A stretch of DNA of 63,585 nucleotides, filler included, from Myxococcota bacterium (GCA_049322255.1; 4 parts of 4 records of this genome joined end to end with filler, not necessarily neighbours in it); one strand, 5' to 3'; shown: positions 10,439-21,188, numbered from the whole stretch's first letter. The notes: generated by a model from the letters alone, not told the origin. Translations and numbers: made by a program.

Positions 10439-10480
10439 AACGGCTTTGGCTTTCCCCAGGCTGAATTACACTCCGCGCTC

Positions 10481-12013
10481 GTGACCGCGCCGCGCACCTG
10501 CACCGCCTGTGGGCTCGAGTTGCCGCCCGAGGCGACGCAGTGCCCGCGCGACGGCACTTCCTACAACGAGCCCACCCAGCCCAAGGCAGATCCGCTCCTG
10601 GGGGCAGTGCTGGGCGAGTACCAAGTGACCGAGCGGGTGGGCGAAGGCGGCATGGGCATCGTCTACCGAGGGGTGCAGCCGCGCATCAACAAGCGGGTGG
10701 CCATCAAGGTCCTCAAGCCGGAGATTGCCGCCGACCCCTCGCAGGTCGACCGGCTGGTGGCTGAGGCTCAGGCGGTCAACGCCATCGGCCACCGGGGAGT
10801 GGTGGACATCTTCGGCTTCGGCCAGCTGCCCGACGGGCGCCACTACATCGTGATGGAGTACCTGGAGGGCCAGGGGCTCGACGTCTACCTCCATCGCCAC
10901 GGCCCGCTCTCTCCCGCCGAAGCGGTGAGTTTCCTCGAGGAGATTTGCGCCGCCTTGGGAAGCGCCCACACCGCCGGCATCATTCACCGCGACTTGAAGC
11001 CCAGCAACGTCTTCATCGTCGACCAGCCCGACGGCACCCACTACGTCAAGCTGCTCGACTTCGGCCTGGCCAAACGCAGCGTCAGCCCCCACGGGCGCAG
11101 CGCGCAGACCAGCAAGCAGCAAATCGTCGGCACCCCCGAGTACATGTCTCCCGAACAGATTCGCGGCGAGGAGGTGGGCCCGTACACCGACCTCTACGCG
11201 CTGGGGGTGGTGGCCTTCGAGCTGCTCACCGGGAGGCTCCCCTTCGAGGCACCCTCCCCGTACGAAATCATCTCCCGCCACCTGGAGCGCCCGCCGCCCT
11301 TGCCCTCCTCCTTCGAGTCTGGCCTGCCGGCGTCCATCGACGCGTTGGTGCTGTCGATGTTGGAGAAGGCCCCCTCGCGTCGGCCGGCCAGCGCGGCGTT
11401 GGTGCGGGCGCAGCTTCGACAAATCTCGCGCGAGCTGGCTTCGGCGAGCACCGCCATTGCCTCGGTGCCCTTGCGCATGGTGACTCCCGCTCCTCTTTCG
11501 CGCGAAGTCGATGCGTCGGCAGCGCCCACCGCACGGGCTGAACGGCCGCAGCGACGGAAGGTGCCGCTCTTCGCCGCCGCCGGATTGCTGCTGGTCGTCG
11601 GCGGAGCTGGAGTTCTTGCATGGAGTAGTCGGTCCCCCTCCGCGCCGATGGAGGCAGCTTCGCCGCCGTCGACGACTCCTCGACACCCTCCTCCACCTTC
11701 ACATGCGGTGGAGGCGAAGATGCCCGAGCCGGTGACGGTGCCGCCCCCCGAGCCGGTGGAGCCGCTCCCGGCGCCGGAGCGACCGTCCACCCTCAAGCGC
11801 AGGAGCGCTCCGTCCGTGCCCAGCAGCAAAGAGCTCCTCGACCGCATCAGCCAGCTGGAGCGGCGCCTGGAGTCGCAAGAGAGCCCCGACCCCAGCGCGT
11901 TGACCTTGCTGGGCAGCTACCGGGCAGAGGCCAAAGCAAGCAGCTCGACCAAACGGTTGGAGGTGAAGAGCAAGCTCGAATCGTGGGAGCGAAACTTCCT
12001 GGAGCCTCGGTGA
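10481..12013 (+). CDS. Membrane Hanks-type Ser/Thr protein kinase
   Basis: GEGGMG, VAIK, HRDLKPSN, DFG and GTPEYMSPE motifs; N-terminal CxxC..CPxD; TM helix; Pro-rich linker. Confidence 0.95.
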   Translation: MTAPRTCTACGLELPPEATQCPRDGTSYNEPTQPKADPLLGAVLGEYQVTERVGEGGMGIVYRGVQPRINKRVAIKVLKPEIAADPSQVDRLVAEAQAVNAIGHRGVVDIFGFGQLPDGRHYIVMEYLEGQGLDVYLHRHGPLSPAEAVSFLEEICAALGSAHTAGIIHRDLKPSNVFIVDQPDGTHYVKLLDFGLAKRSVSPHGRSAQTSKQQIVGTPEYMSPEQIRGEEVGPYTDLYALGVVAFELLTGRLPFEAPSPYEIISRHLERPPPLPSSFESGLPASIDALVLSMLEKAPSRRPASAALVRAQLRQISRELASASTAIASVPLRMVTPAPLSREVDASAAPTARAERPQRRKVPLFAAAGLLLVVGGAGVLAWSSRSPSAPMEAASPPSTTPRHPPPPSHAVEAKMPEPVTVPPPEPVEPLPAPERPSTLKRRSAPSVPSSKELLDRISQLERRLESQESPDPSALTLLGSYRAEAKASSSTKRLEVKSKLESWERNFLEPR

Positions 12014-12038
12014 AGGACGCGGCTAAATTGCGAATGCC

Positions 12039-12866
12039 GTGCTGCCTCTGTCGCTCGCCCTGGTCACCGCCCTCACCGCGACGCAACCCTCGCCTCGCAG
12101 CGTCGCGGTGCTGGTGGCGCGCACCACCGGGGTGAGTCAGGGGCGGGTGGATGAGCTGGCCAAGCAGGTCGGGGACACGCTGAGCGGCTCCTTCGCCGTT
12201 CCGATGGACCCCACCCAGACAGAGAAGAGGCTGCGGGAGCTGGGGTTGGGCGACGCCGCTGCCTGCAAGGGCAAGGCGCCGTGCTTGGCGGGGCTGGGCA
12301 AGGCGCTGGGAGTGGACGCGGTGGTGGCGCTGACGATGAGCGTGGTGCTGAACGACTTCTCCTTTCACGCCGAGGCGCTCCAGGTGCCCGAGGGCCGGGC
12401 GCTTGGCTCGCTGGGCTTCATCGCTCCGGTGAAGGAGCCGCTCGATTTGAGCGCCCGGCTGTCGCCCCTCATCGCCGAGCTGAGCCGCGCTCTGCCGCCT
12501 GTATCGGTGGCGAAGGCCGAGCCGCCCAAGGACGTGCCGCTGAAGCCGCCGACGTTGGCGAAGCTGGCGCCGCTCGCTCCGGCCACTCCCGCGGTGAACT
12601 TGGAGACCCCTGCGCGCTCCCGCCTGCCAGCCTACGCCGCCGCTGGAGTGGCTACAGCCGCGGCGGTGGCCGCTACCGTGCTCGCCGTCGCCGCCTTCAA
12701 TGGCAAGGCCGAATACGATGCGAACAAGACGAACAAGGATGGACCCACCCTGAGCCTCTCCGAGGCGAAGAACCTGGTGAAGACGACCAACTCCAATGCC
12801 ACCGCCGCACTCCTCGTCGGCACCCTGGCGGTCGGCTTAGGCGTCACGGCGGGAGTGCTGTGGTGA
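12039..12866 (+). CDS. Hypothetical exported protein with C-terminal membrane helices
   Basis: Signal-like N-terminus, Cys pair and two hydrophobic C-terminal helices; between the kinase and the propeller gene. Confidence 0.7.
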   Translation: MLPLSLALVTALTATQPSPRSVAVLVARTTGVSQGRVDELAKQVGDTLSGSFAVPMDPTQTEKRLRELGLGDAAACKGKAPCLAGLGKALGVDAVVALTMSVVLNDFSFHAEALQVPEGRALGSLGFIAPVKEPLDLSARLSPLIAELSRALPPVSVAKAEPPKDVPLKPPTLAKLAPLAPATPAVNLETPARSRLPAYAAAGVATAAAVAATVLAVAAFNGKAEYDANKTNKDGPTLSLSEAKNLVKTTNSNATAALLVGTLAVGLGVTAGVLW

Positions 12867-14872
12867 AACGGCTCTGGCCGCTCGCTCTGCTCGCTGGCGC
12901 CGGCTGCCAGTGGGTACGTTTCGACGAGAATGGCCGCTACCGCTGCGAGGACGGTGGTGTCTGCTCCAAAGGCTTCATTTGCGTTGCCAACGTCTGCGAG
13001 GCTGTCGACGGCGGCGAAGCGGCTGATGGGGGCGGCCCCGACGCGGGCCCGGACGGTGGCTGCGTTCCTGCGCCCTGCGACCAAGTGACTTGCGGGGTGG
13101 TGAGCGACGGGTGCGGAGGCTCGCAGCAGTGCGGATGTGCGGGCATCGAGGTGTGCGGCGGCGGCGGAACGCCCAACCGTTGTGCCCGTAACACGCGCTT
13201 TTGCTCGCCCGATGGCTGGTGCTGGGAAAACCCCTGGCCGCAGGGGAACACTTTGCGCGCGGTGTGGGCCAACGCGCCAGACGACGTGTGGGCGGTGGGC
13301 AGCGCCGGCACGCTGATGCACTGGAACGGGACGAACTGGGCGCTCGCGCCCTCTCCCTCCACGCAGACATTGCTCGACGTGTGGGGCAGCGGCGCGGGAA
13401 GCGTGTGGGCGGTGGGGGAGAATGGTTCGGTGCTGCGCTTCGATGGGGGCTCCTGGGCGCTCGAGGATTCCGGCGTCAACGTTCACCTGAACGCGGTGTG
13501 GGGTTTTAGCGCCGACGACGTGTGGACCGTGGGCAACTCGGGCTCGTTGCTGCGTCGGGTGGATGGAGGGTGGGCCCTGCAGCCGAGCGTGTCCACCAGC
13601 GATGACCTTCATGACCTCTGGGGCCGCAGCGCAGACGACCTCTATGCCGTCGGCGGGAGTGTCTTCAGCGGGGTGATTCTCCACAAGAGCGGCAACACCT
13701 GGTCCACTGAGGACGGCGGGTTTCCGCTCTACGCGGCGTGGGGTACCGACGCGGGCGTATACGTCTGCGGAACGTCCGGCGACATTTTACGGCGCGGGCC
13801 CACCGACAGTGCCTGGAGCTCGGTGGGGTATCTGGGAAACACCTGTCGCGATCTGTTCGGCACCGGTCCCGGGGACGTGTGGGCGGTGGGAGATACCGGC
13901 TTGGTCTCCCACTTCGACGGAGGCACCTGGAGTCCCAAGGGCAACTATGGCGCCCCGGCGCTGTTCGGCGTGGGTGGCGTCGCCAGCCAGCAGTGGATGG
14001 TGGGAGCAGCGGGGACGCTGTGGCGTGCACAGGGAGAAATCGTCGTTCCATTTGCGTCCGGCTCCGTCGAAAACATGAACGGCGTCTTTGCTGGCGCTCC
14101 GGACTTCGTCTTGGTGCCGATGGACAAGGGAAACGTGGGCCGTCGGGCGGCGAACGGGTGGCAGTTCAGCAGCTTCGCCGCACCGGCGGATGACCTGTAT
14201 GCCGCCTGGGGAGTGAACGCATCCTTCGCGCTGCTGGTGGGCGCCAACGGTCGCCGGCACCTTTGGGACGGCGGCGAATGGAGCACCGACGGGTACAACA
14301 TCGGACCAAGGCACCTGAATGGTGTCTTCGGCCTCTCGCCTGCCGACATCTGGGTAGTAGGGGACTATGGTCGCGCTTACCACTATGACGGTGGCACGAG
14401 CTGGGCCTCTCTCGGCGTGGGCCTGACCGGCGCTACCTTGCGCTCGGTGTGGCGCGCGGCCGATGGCGGTACCTGGACGGTGGACAGCAGTAGCAGTGGC
14501 GGCATCTTCTCTTTCACCAACGGGGGCTGGAATCCCGAAAGCAGCGGAGTGGACGCCGGGCTGTTCGGCGTGTCGGGCGCTGGGGGCGCGTTGTGGGCGG
14601 TGGGGGAGTGGGGCACCATTTTGCGGCGCGGTCAGAGTCAGAGCTGGACGCGCGAGGACGCGGGCACCGCTCAGAGCCTACGCGGCGTTTGGGCGCGCTC
14701 CTCCGATGACGTGTACGCGGTGGGGGATTTGGGCACGGTGCTGCACTGGAACGGTGCGGCCTGGTCTGCACAGCAGAGCGGCACGCTCAACCACCTGCGT
14801 GCGGTGGGCGGGCTTGCCGACGGTGGGGTGTGGGCGGTGGGTGGAACCGGCACCATTCTGCGCCGCCCATAG
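12863..14872 (+). CDS. Lipoprotein with Cys-rich N-terminus and WD40/YVTN/BNR-like beta-propeller repeats
   Basis: Lipobox AGAGC; many L-x-x-VW-G-x4-DVWAVG-x-x-G repeats; GTGA overlap with upstream stop. Confidence 0.85.
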   Translation: MKRLWPLALLAGAGCQWVRFDENGRYRCEDGGVCSKGFICVANVCEAVDGGEAADGGGPDAGPDGGCVPAPCDQVTCGVVSDGCGGSQQCGCAGIEVCGGGGTPNRCARNTRFCSPDGWCWENPWPQGNTLRAVWANAPDDVWAVGSAGTLMHWNGTNWALAPSPSTQTLLDVWGSGAGSVWAVGENGSVLRFDGGSWALEDSGVNVHLNAVWGFSADDVWTVGNSGSLLRRVDGGWALQPSVSTSDDLHDLWGRSADDLYAVGGSVFSGVILHKSGNTWSTEDGGFPLYAAWGTDAGVYVCGTSGDILRRGPTDSAWSSVGYLGNTCRDLFGTGPGDVWAVGDTGLVSHFDGGTWSPKGNYGAPALFGVGGVASQQWMVGAAGTLWRAQGEIVVPFASGSVENMNGVFAGAPDFVLVPMDKGNVGRRAANGWQFSSFAAPADDLYAAWGVNASFALLVGANGRRHLWDGGEWSTDGYNIGPRHLNGVFGLSPADIWVVGDYGRAYHYDGGTSWASLGVGLTGATLRSVWRAADGGTWTVDSSSSGGIFSFTNGGWNPESSGVDAGLFGVSGAGGALWAVGEWGTILRRGQSQSWTREDAGTAQSLRGVWARSSDDVYAVGDLGTVLHWNGAAWSAQQSGTLNHLRAVGGLADGGVWAVGGTGTILRRP

Positions 14873-14877
14873 AGCGG

Positions 14878-15459
14878 TCAGCGGGGGTGGAAGAGCTCGA
14901 CTCCCGCCTCGCGAAGCAGCCGCACCAAGCGCAACATCGGTAGGCCCTGCACTCCGGTGCGGTCGCCCTCCAGCTTGGAGAAGAGCGCCTGGCCTGCGCC
15001 CTCCACCCGGTAGCCGCCGGCGCAACCCTTCCATTCCTCGAGGTCGAGGTAGCGCTGAAGCTCCTGTTCGCCGACGGGGTGAAAGGTGATGTGCGCCACG
15101 TCGACTTCGCAGGCGAAGAAACCCTCGCCCACCACGCAGACGCCGGTGAGGATGTCGTGGCTTTTCCCCACGAGTAGAGAGAGTTGCTCGCGGGCCTCTG
15201 CGCGGGTTTGGGGCTTGCCCAACACGCGGCCACCGGCCACCGCCAGTTGGTCGGCCCCGATGACCAGCGCACGGGGAAAGCGCGCGTGCACCGCGCGGGC
15301 CTTGCGCTCGGCGAGGAGCGCGACCGTCTGTTGCGCAGAGGTGCCGGAGGGCACATCCTCCTCCACCTGGGGCGCCACCGCCCGGTAGGGCAACCCGAGC
15401 GCGTCCATGAGCGCCACCCGCGCGGGCGAGGTCGAGGCGAGGAGGAGCTCTCTGTGCAT
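14878..15459 (-). CDS. maf: Maf-family nucleoside triphosphate pyrophosphatase
   Basis: LLLASTSPAR, LAERKA, IGADQ, LGKP, CAGGY and GLP motifs. Confidence 0.92.
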   Translation of the reverse strand: MHRELLLASTSPARVALMDALGLPYRAVAPQVEEDVPSGTSAQQTVALLAERKARAVHARFPRALVIGADQLAVAGGRVLGKPQTRAEAREQLSLLVGKSHDILTGVCVVGEGFFACEVDVAHITFHPVGEQELQRYLDLEEWKGCAGGYRVEGAGQALFSKLEGDRTGVQGLPMLRLVRLLREAGVELFHPR

Positions 15460-15530
15460 CGCGAGGTGTGTCTACCGCACCTGGTCTTGTGCTTGCCAAG
15501 GCGCGCCCGGAAGCGTGGCTCTCGAGTCGG

Positions 15531-16391
15531 TTACAGCGGGGGTACGCGCATGTAGTACGTCCGCTCCTGTAGGACGATGAAGAGGCCGCGTTCGGGCATC
15601 CATTCGTGTTCAACGGGGATATTGGTTTCGAATACGACGATGCGCACCCGCACGCTGGGGCCCGGCCCAACATGCTCGAGCCCCTCCAGAACCCTCGGCG
15701 CGTCACCCATCAAAAAACCCCCATACGTCGAGGAGAGGTACAGCAGCTCGTCTCCATGAACGGAGACGTCCGTCCGTACGCCCACGGTCGTGCCCCGGTC
15801 AGCCTCGACGACGATTTCGTCGAAACCGCTGTAGCGCAGCTCCACGCGACCTGAGGTACGCACCACCTCGGCGCCGGTGGGCAGCAGAACCCGCTGATAG
15901 GCGAGCCGTCGCTCCGGGGCCGCGGGGCGCTTCCGCTCGGAGACGGCGCCCAAGGTGCACACCTTCGTGGGCTCGAGGGCGAGGCCGTTGAATGGGTCGT
16001 CCCCATGGGGCGCGTGCCATCGCACGAGGCGTCCCTCCACCTCGACGTCCACGAAAGGACCCTCTCCCATGCAGGCGTGGCCGCCCCACCCCCACGACGG
16101 TCCTTTGAGGGGCAGAAAGAGNNNNNNNNNNNNNNNNNNNNNNNNNNNNNNNNNNNNNNNNNNNNNNNNNNNNNNNNNNNNNNNNNNNNNNNNNNNNNNN
16201 NNNNNNNNNNNNNNNNNNNNNGAGAGCGGCAACACGTCGGTCCCTGAGGGGCACGGGGTGCGCTCGCGAAGGTCCTCCAAGAACCTGGTCAGCTCCCGAT
16301 GGTCTGCTTGATTGAGGCGGGCGATGCGCCAGGCCCCGCACCCCGACAGCCCAGCGAGCAGCAACACAGAGGCGACGAAGCGCAGACCCAT
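15531..16391 (-). CDS. Hypothetical lipoprotein (interrupted by assembly gap)
   Basis: Lipobox LSGC; frame appears open on both sides of the 100-N gap. Confidence 0.55.
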   Translation of the reverse strand: MGLRFVASVLLLAGLSGCGAWRIARLNQADHRELTRFLEDLRERTPCPSGTDVLPLXXXXXXXXXXXXXXXXXXXXXXXXXXXXXXXXXXLFLPLKGPSWGWGGHACMGEGPFVDVEVEGRLVRWHAPHGDDPFNGLALEPTKVCTLGAVSERKRPAAPERRLAYQRVLLPTGAEVVRTSGRVELRYSGFDEIVVEADRGTTVGVRTDVSVHGDELLYLSSTYGGFLMGDAPRVLEGLEHVGPGPSVRVRIVVFETNIPVEHEWMPERGLFIVLQERTYYMRVPPL

Positions 16392-16443
16392 GAGGATGAG
16401 TCGTCGGAAGCACACATCGTGGGCCAACTTCGTCACGAGTTGC

Positions 16444-16890
16444 TTACCTCTTGCGTAGCAGCGAAACCACCTTCTTCCTTGCGTCCATCCCCTCCCGGGC
16501 GCCACTGACGGTGTACTCCCAGCCGTCCTCACCCGGGGAAAGAAAGACGAGGTGGGGCGCCCCTGCCGTTGGAGGGTGTAACGGTTGGTACGTCTCGACC
16601 ACCACGTGCCGGGACAGGCCCTCCAAGACGTAGCGGCGATGGAGGTTCAAGCTCGTGCGCCAGTGGGCTTCGTCTACTTCGAGCGCTTTGCCCGTCGCCG
16701 GCGCGTCGGAGCGGCCATGGAGCACCTCCTCCACCAAGTAGCGCCAGCGGATGCGGGGGTAGGGAGGAGCCCGACCGACGTCCACCTCCACGATGAGACG
16801 TTCGGGCTCATCGGGCCGCACCACCAGCACCGCCGCCGAGCGCTGAACGAGGTCCTTCAAGGAGACGTCACGGGGGTGCAGTTGTCCCAC
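16444..16890 (-). CDS. Hypothetical protein
   Basis: GTG start overlaps upstream TAG; plausible composition. Confidence 0.5.
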   Translation of the reverse strand: MGQLHPRDVSLKDLVQRSAAVLVVRPDEPERLIVEVDVGRAPPYPRIRWRYLVEEVLHGRSDAPATGKALEVDEAHWRTSLNLHRRYVLEGLSRHVVVETYQPLHPPTAGAPHLVFLSPGEDGWEYTVSGAREGMDARKKVVSLLRKR

Positions 16891-17915
16891 TAGGTGCGAT
16901 GCCTCCGGGTAAACGCGATGCAGACCAGCACACCGAGAATCGCGATGAACGAAGTGGTGGAAGAGCAGCCGCACGCGACCTGCAAGTTCTGTGGAGCCAA
17001 CTCGCCGGCGTCGCCGGGTGGCTCAAAGGCGGGTCCTCCATCGGCTCCCCCGTCGAGCCCGCCCCCATCCGGCAGCCCAGCGTCGGATGCGCCTGCGTCC
17101 GGTACACCTGCGTCCGGTACGCCTGCGTCGGCTCCTCCATCGGGCTGGCCGGCGTCAGCGCCACCGTCGAGCTCCACCGTCGCGATTCGAGCGAGAAAGC
17201 CTTCGGTGGTGCCGCCGTCATTCGTGGTCTGCAGGCCGTTGCGAATGGGAAAGTCCGTCGAGCTGGTGCGGCCGGCGACCCAGACTCCCTGTGTCCCGTC
17301 TTGTACGAGCCCGGTGGCGTAGTCTTCACCACTTCCGCCGAGGTACGTGGAAAGCGCGAGCGTGGGTGCTCCTCCGTCTGCGCTGGCAGCGAGCGCGGAG
17401 ACGAAAGCGTCGCCACCCCCGCCGGCGTTCAGCGTCTGTAGCGGCGGGTTGGCGGTGACGGGCAGGTTGGTCGAGGTGGTGTACCCACCCAGGAAGTACA
17501 CCCTCCCGAGAGAATCGAGCCGCACGTCCCAAGCTACATCGATGTTGGTGCCTCCGAAGTAAGTGGAAAGCACCAAGGCGCTGCCGGTGGAGTTGAGCCG
17601 GGTCAAGAAACCGTCGGTCTGTCCGCTCAACGTTCCCTGGAAAGGCGAGCGGGTGGGGAAGTTGGTGGATGAGGTTTCGCCGGCGACCACCGCCTCGCTG
17701 CCGATGACGCGAATCGCGTGTCCCGACTCGTACCCGGTTCCCCCGAGGTAGGTGGCGTAGAGGAGCTGATTTCCGGCCGGAGAGACCCTCGCGGCGAAAG
17801 CGTCTTCTGCGCCGCCTGGAGTGGTTTGTACCGCCGAAGCAGTGGTGGGGAAGTTGGGCGAGAGGGTGATGCCGGTGAGATAGGCGAAGCCGTTGGGGTC
17901 GGTGGCGAGCCCGTA
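16890..17915 (-). CDS. SBBP beta-propeller repeat protein with MYXO-CTERM-like tail (5' truncated)
   Basis: Repeats of STYLGGSGxD..VAGxTxSxNFP; PDAG/DGG linker; CGC + TM + RRHR tail; frame open to scaffold end. Confidence 0.85.
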   Translation of the reverse strand, partial: YGLATDPNGFAYLTGITLSPNFPTTASAVQTTPGGAEDAFAARVSPAGNQLLYATYLGGTGYESGHAIRVIGSEAVVAGETSSTNFPTRSPFQGTLSGQTDGFLTRLNSTGSALVLSTYFGGTNIDVAWDVRLDSLGRVYFLGGYTTSTNLPVTANPPLQTLNAGGGGDAFVSALAASADGGAPTLALSTYLGGSGEDYATGLVQDGTQGVWVAGRTSSTDFPIRNGLQTTNDGGTTEGFLARIATVELDGGADAGQPDGGADAGVPDAGVPDAGASDAGLPDGGGLDGGADGGPAFEPPGDAGELAPQNLQVACGCSSTTSFIAILGVLVCIAFTRRHRT

Positions 17916-17916
17916 A

Positions 17917-18016
17917 NNNNNNNNNNNNNNNNNNNNNNNNNNNNNNNNNNNNNNNNNNNNTTAATTAATTAANNNNNNNNNNNNNNNNNNNNNNNNNNNN
18001 NNNNNNNNNNNNNNNN
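17917..18016. other. Scaffold linker (N-TTAATTAATTAA-N)
   Basis: Artificial all-frame-stop spacer flanked by N runs. Confidence 0.97.
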
Positions 18017-20005
18017 CCCTGAGTCGGTGGCGGTGAAGTTGACGGTGTAGCTCCCCTCTTGTCCCAGCACTGGATTGAAGGAGAAGCGGCGGCTGGCCGC
18101 ATCGAACGTCGCGTTGGTGGGCAAGGTGCCTGCGGCAACGGTGACCGAGTCTCCGTCGGGGTCGCTCACGTTGAGGGTGAAGGTCAGGTTCTCGGTGATT
18201 TTCACCGTCTGCGGGCCGACGGCGACGAACTCCGGCGCGCGGTTGGTGTTGGTGACGGTGATGTTCGCCGACTTGGAATCAGAGAGCGCCGGGACGCCGT
18301 TGTCGGTGGCCACGAATGTCACCGAGTAGGTGCCCGCCTGGCTGTAGCCCGGAGTCCAGCTGAAGCGGCGGGTCGCCGGGTCGAAGGTCGCTCCCGTGGG
18401 CAGGCTGCCGGAGAAGGAGTAGGTGAGGGTGTCACCGTCGGGGTCGGTGGCGCTCAAGGTGATGTTCAACTGCGCGCCTTCCGCCACCGTCTGCGCGGCG
18501 ACGTTGGCCAGCACCGGCTTGCGGTTGGTGGAGTTGATGGCGATTTGCACCGTCTGGCTGCCGGTGAGGCCGCCCGGGTCGGTGGCGGTGAAGGTGATGG
18601 TCTCGGTGCCTGTCTGGGAGAAGCTGGGCGAGAAGGAGAACGCTCCCGAGGAGGTGCTGAAGGTGGCGTTGGTCGGCAGAGTCGACGAGGAGAGGGTCAG
18701 CGTGTCCCCGTCGGGGTCAGTGGCGGAAACGATGAAGGAAAGAGTTTCCCCCTGGGCGACGGTCTGGTTGCCGATGAAGCTCACCGTGGGGGCGCGGTTG
18801 GCGTCGGTGACGGTGAGGGTGACGGTGCGCGAGGCGGACAGCGGCGGAGTGCCGTTGTCGGTCGCGGTGAAGGTGACCGAGTAACTACCGGCGGCGGAAA
18901 ACCCCGGCGTCCAGGAGAACGCTCCGGTGGTGGGGTTGAGCACCGCGCCCGGCAACGCCGGGGAGTACGAGTAGATGAGCGTGTCTGCGGTGTTCGGGTC
19001 GGTGGCCGCCAAGGTGAAGGCCAGCGCTGCTCCCTCGGCGACCGTCTTGGGGCCGGGGTCGGCCAGCACGGGGGCGAGGTTCTTGGTGTTGACCACGATG
19101 GTCACGGCCTCGGAGTCGACCAAGCCGCCCGCGTCGGTGGCGGTGAAGTTGACGGTGACCGTGCCGACGTCGGCGAGGGTCGGCCGCCAGTTGAAGACTC
19201 CCGTCGCAGGGTCGAAGGAGGCTCCGGTGGGCAGGCCGGTCGCGGCGAGGGTCACCGCGTCGAGGTCGGGGTCGTTGGCCCGCACCACGAAGGTGAGCAG
19301 CGAGGTGGCGTCGACTTCCTTGCCGCCGATGGGCTCGAGCACCGGCGCGCGGTTGGTCGCCTGCACCGAAATCACCACCCGCAGGCTGGTCATCAGCGCC
19401 GGGTTGCCGTTGTCGGTGGCGGTGAAGACAATCTGGTGGCTGCCGACCTGGTTGAAGCCCGGAGTCCAGCTCACCGTGTTGGTGGCTGAGTCCCAGAAGG
19501 CGCCGGGAGGCATGGTGTCCCAGGTGATGGTGACGGTGTCGCCGTCGGGGTCAGAGGCGGTGACGGCGATGGTGAGCGCCTCGCCCGCCTTGCCGTTGAG
19601 GGTGGGGGGCAGGTCAATCGTGGGGGCGCGGTTGACGTTCTCCACGGTGATGGCGATGTCGATCTTCGCGGTCAGCCCGGTGTCGTCCTTCACCGTGACG
19701 CCGACCGTATGGCTGCCCGCTTGGTCGTAGCCCGGGGTCCAGGAGAGGGTGCTGCCCGCCATCGTCATCCCCGTGGGGGCGTTCTCGAGGAGGAAGGTGA
19801 GCGAATCAGCCGGGGAGTCGACGTCGGTCGCCTTCACCGCGATGGTCAGGGGAGTGCCCTCCTTCACGGTGACCGGGTTGATTGCCTCCAGCTTCGGAGG
19901 TTGGGGCACCACCTCCGTCTTGTCGCTTCCTCCGCAACCCAGCTGGAGACCGGCTCCAGCGAACACAACCAGGGCAAGACGCAGTCCGCTGCTCTTGAAC
20001 GTCAC
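18017..20005 (-). CDS. Lipoprotein with at least 7 tandem cadherin-like/He_PIG Ig repeats (3' truncated)
   Basis: Lipobox LGC; repeats NRAP..ATDPDGD..LPTGATFD..FSWTP..TFTATD; GAAGGGGG RBS before GTG. Confidence 0.88.
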
Positions 20006-20076
20006 GATGATTCCCCCTTCAGAAAGGTGGGCGGACGCTAGCTGACGCTTCTTGGGTTCGACAACAAACAAATGGA

Positions 20077-20637
20077 TCAGCGCGCCAGAGGAGCGGCGAA
20101 CAGCTGGGTGTAGCGAGCCCCTTTTGGGGACAGCTGGCTTTGGAAGAGCACCAGCTTCCGCACTGGCCACTCGCCGCCGTCGAAGTGCTCGAGCGCGGCC
20201 ACGCAAGCCGCGAGCTGGGGGTCACCGCGAGGGTTTTTCGCCCGCGCCAAGGTGAGGTGGGGACGAAAGGGGCGCTTCTCCGGGGTGAAGCCCAAGGGCA
20301 CCAGCTCGCGAATGAGGTCGGCCTGGAGCGCGGTGAGCGCCGGCAGCTCGCCCTCCACGCCTATCCACAGCACCCGGGGATGTCGGGAGGCGCCGAAGCC
20401 TCCGCCTCCGCGCGCGACGAGGGAAAGCCGCCGGTGCCGGGAGGCTGCGCGGGTGAGCGCCTCTTTCAGCGCAGGCACTTTCTCTTCCTCCGTCTCCCCC
20501 AGGAAAGCCAAGGTGAGGTGCAGCTTCTGTGGGTCGGCCCAGCGGGCCTTGGGCGCTCGCCGGTGCGCGACGTCGACGGCCCGCTCCAGCGCGGCGCGCA
20601 CAGGGGAGGAAAGCTCGAGGGCCACGAAGAGTCGCAC
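20077..20637 (-). CDS. thpR: RNA 2',3'-cyclic phosphodiesterase (2H family)
   Basis: RLFVAL start and two HxT motifs (LHLTLAFLG, PHLTLAR). Confidence 0.92.
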   Translation of the reverse strand: MRLFVALELSSPVRAALERAVDVAHRRAPKARWADPQKLHLTLAFLGETEEEKVPALKEALTRAASRHRRLSLVARGGGGFGASRHPRVLWIGVEGELPALTALQADLIRELVPLGFTPEKRPFRPHLTLARAKNPRGDPQLAACVAALEHFDGGEWPVRKLVLFQSQLSPKGARYTQLFAAPLAR

Positions 20638-20696
20638 CGCGCCAGTTTGGTCGCGGGCATGCGCGAAAGGAAACCGTTGGCGTTACGCTTCGAACG

Positions 20697-21188
20697 ATGG
20701 GCGGCCGATACCGATATTTGCTCCGTCACGCCGTGAGCCAAGAGGACTTGGAGACGCTTCGCTCCGGGCTGGAGGACGAGGCGGATTTCCGGCTCGCCGA
20801 GCTGGTCGGGGCCGAAGTGCTCGAGCGCATGCTGAAGGACGCGCAGCTGGACATCGATGCTTGCACCAGCGAGCGCTTCTTCGCCTTCGGCAAAGCCATC
20901 GCCATTCTCTCGGTGTACCTGCCCGAGTACGTCAGCGGAGTGGAGGTGGTGGAGGAGCTCGACGCCGGGCTCCACCGCATGCGTGTGGAGTGCTGGCGCT
21001 ACGTGGGGCGGCAGGGCGAGCTCATCGCGGTGCCTTTGCAGTTCGCGGTCAGCTTGCAGCGCGACATCCTCCCCGGGCGGGAAGACCTCGCCGCGCTGCG
21101 GCGGCTGTGGCCCGAGCTTCCCCAATGGGCGCGCAACGCCTACAAGCTGACCTTCGACGAGCTGGCCGACTTGAGCTCGGGCGGCTGA
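20697..21188 (+). CDS. Hypothetical protein
   Basis: 163-aa ORF divergent from thpR with natural composition. Confidence 0.65.
   Translation: MGGRYRYLLRHAVSQEDLETLRSGLEDEADFRLAELVGAEVLERMLKDAQLDIDACTSERFFAFGKAIAILSVYLPEYVSGVEVVEELDAGLHRMRVECWRYVGRQGELIAVPLQFAVSLQRDILPGREDLAALRRLWPELPQWARNAYKLTFDELADLSSGG

Noticed and set aside
17917..18016. TTAATTAATTAA palindromes (also ~35621 and ~51788)
   Set aside because: Artificial scaffold-joining spacers
20006..20206. Upstream extension of the Ig-repeat ORF
   Set aside because: Overlaps thpR; RBS and lipoprotein signal support the start at 20005
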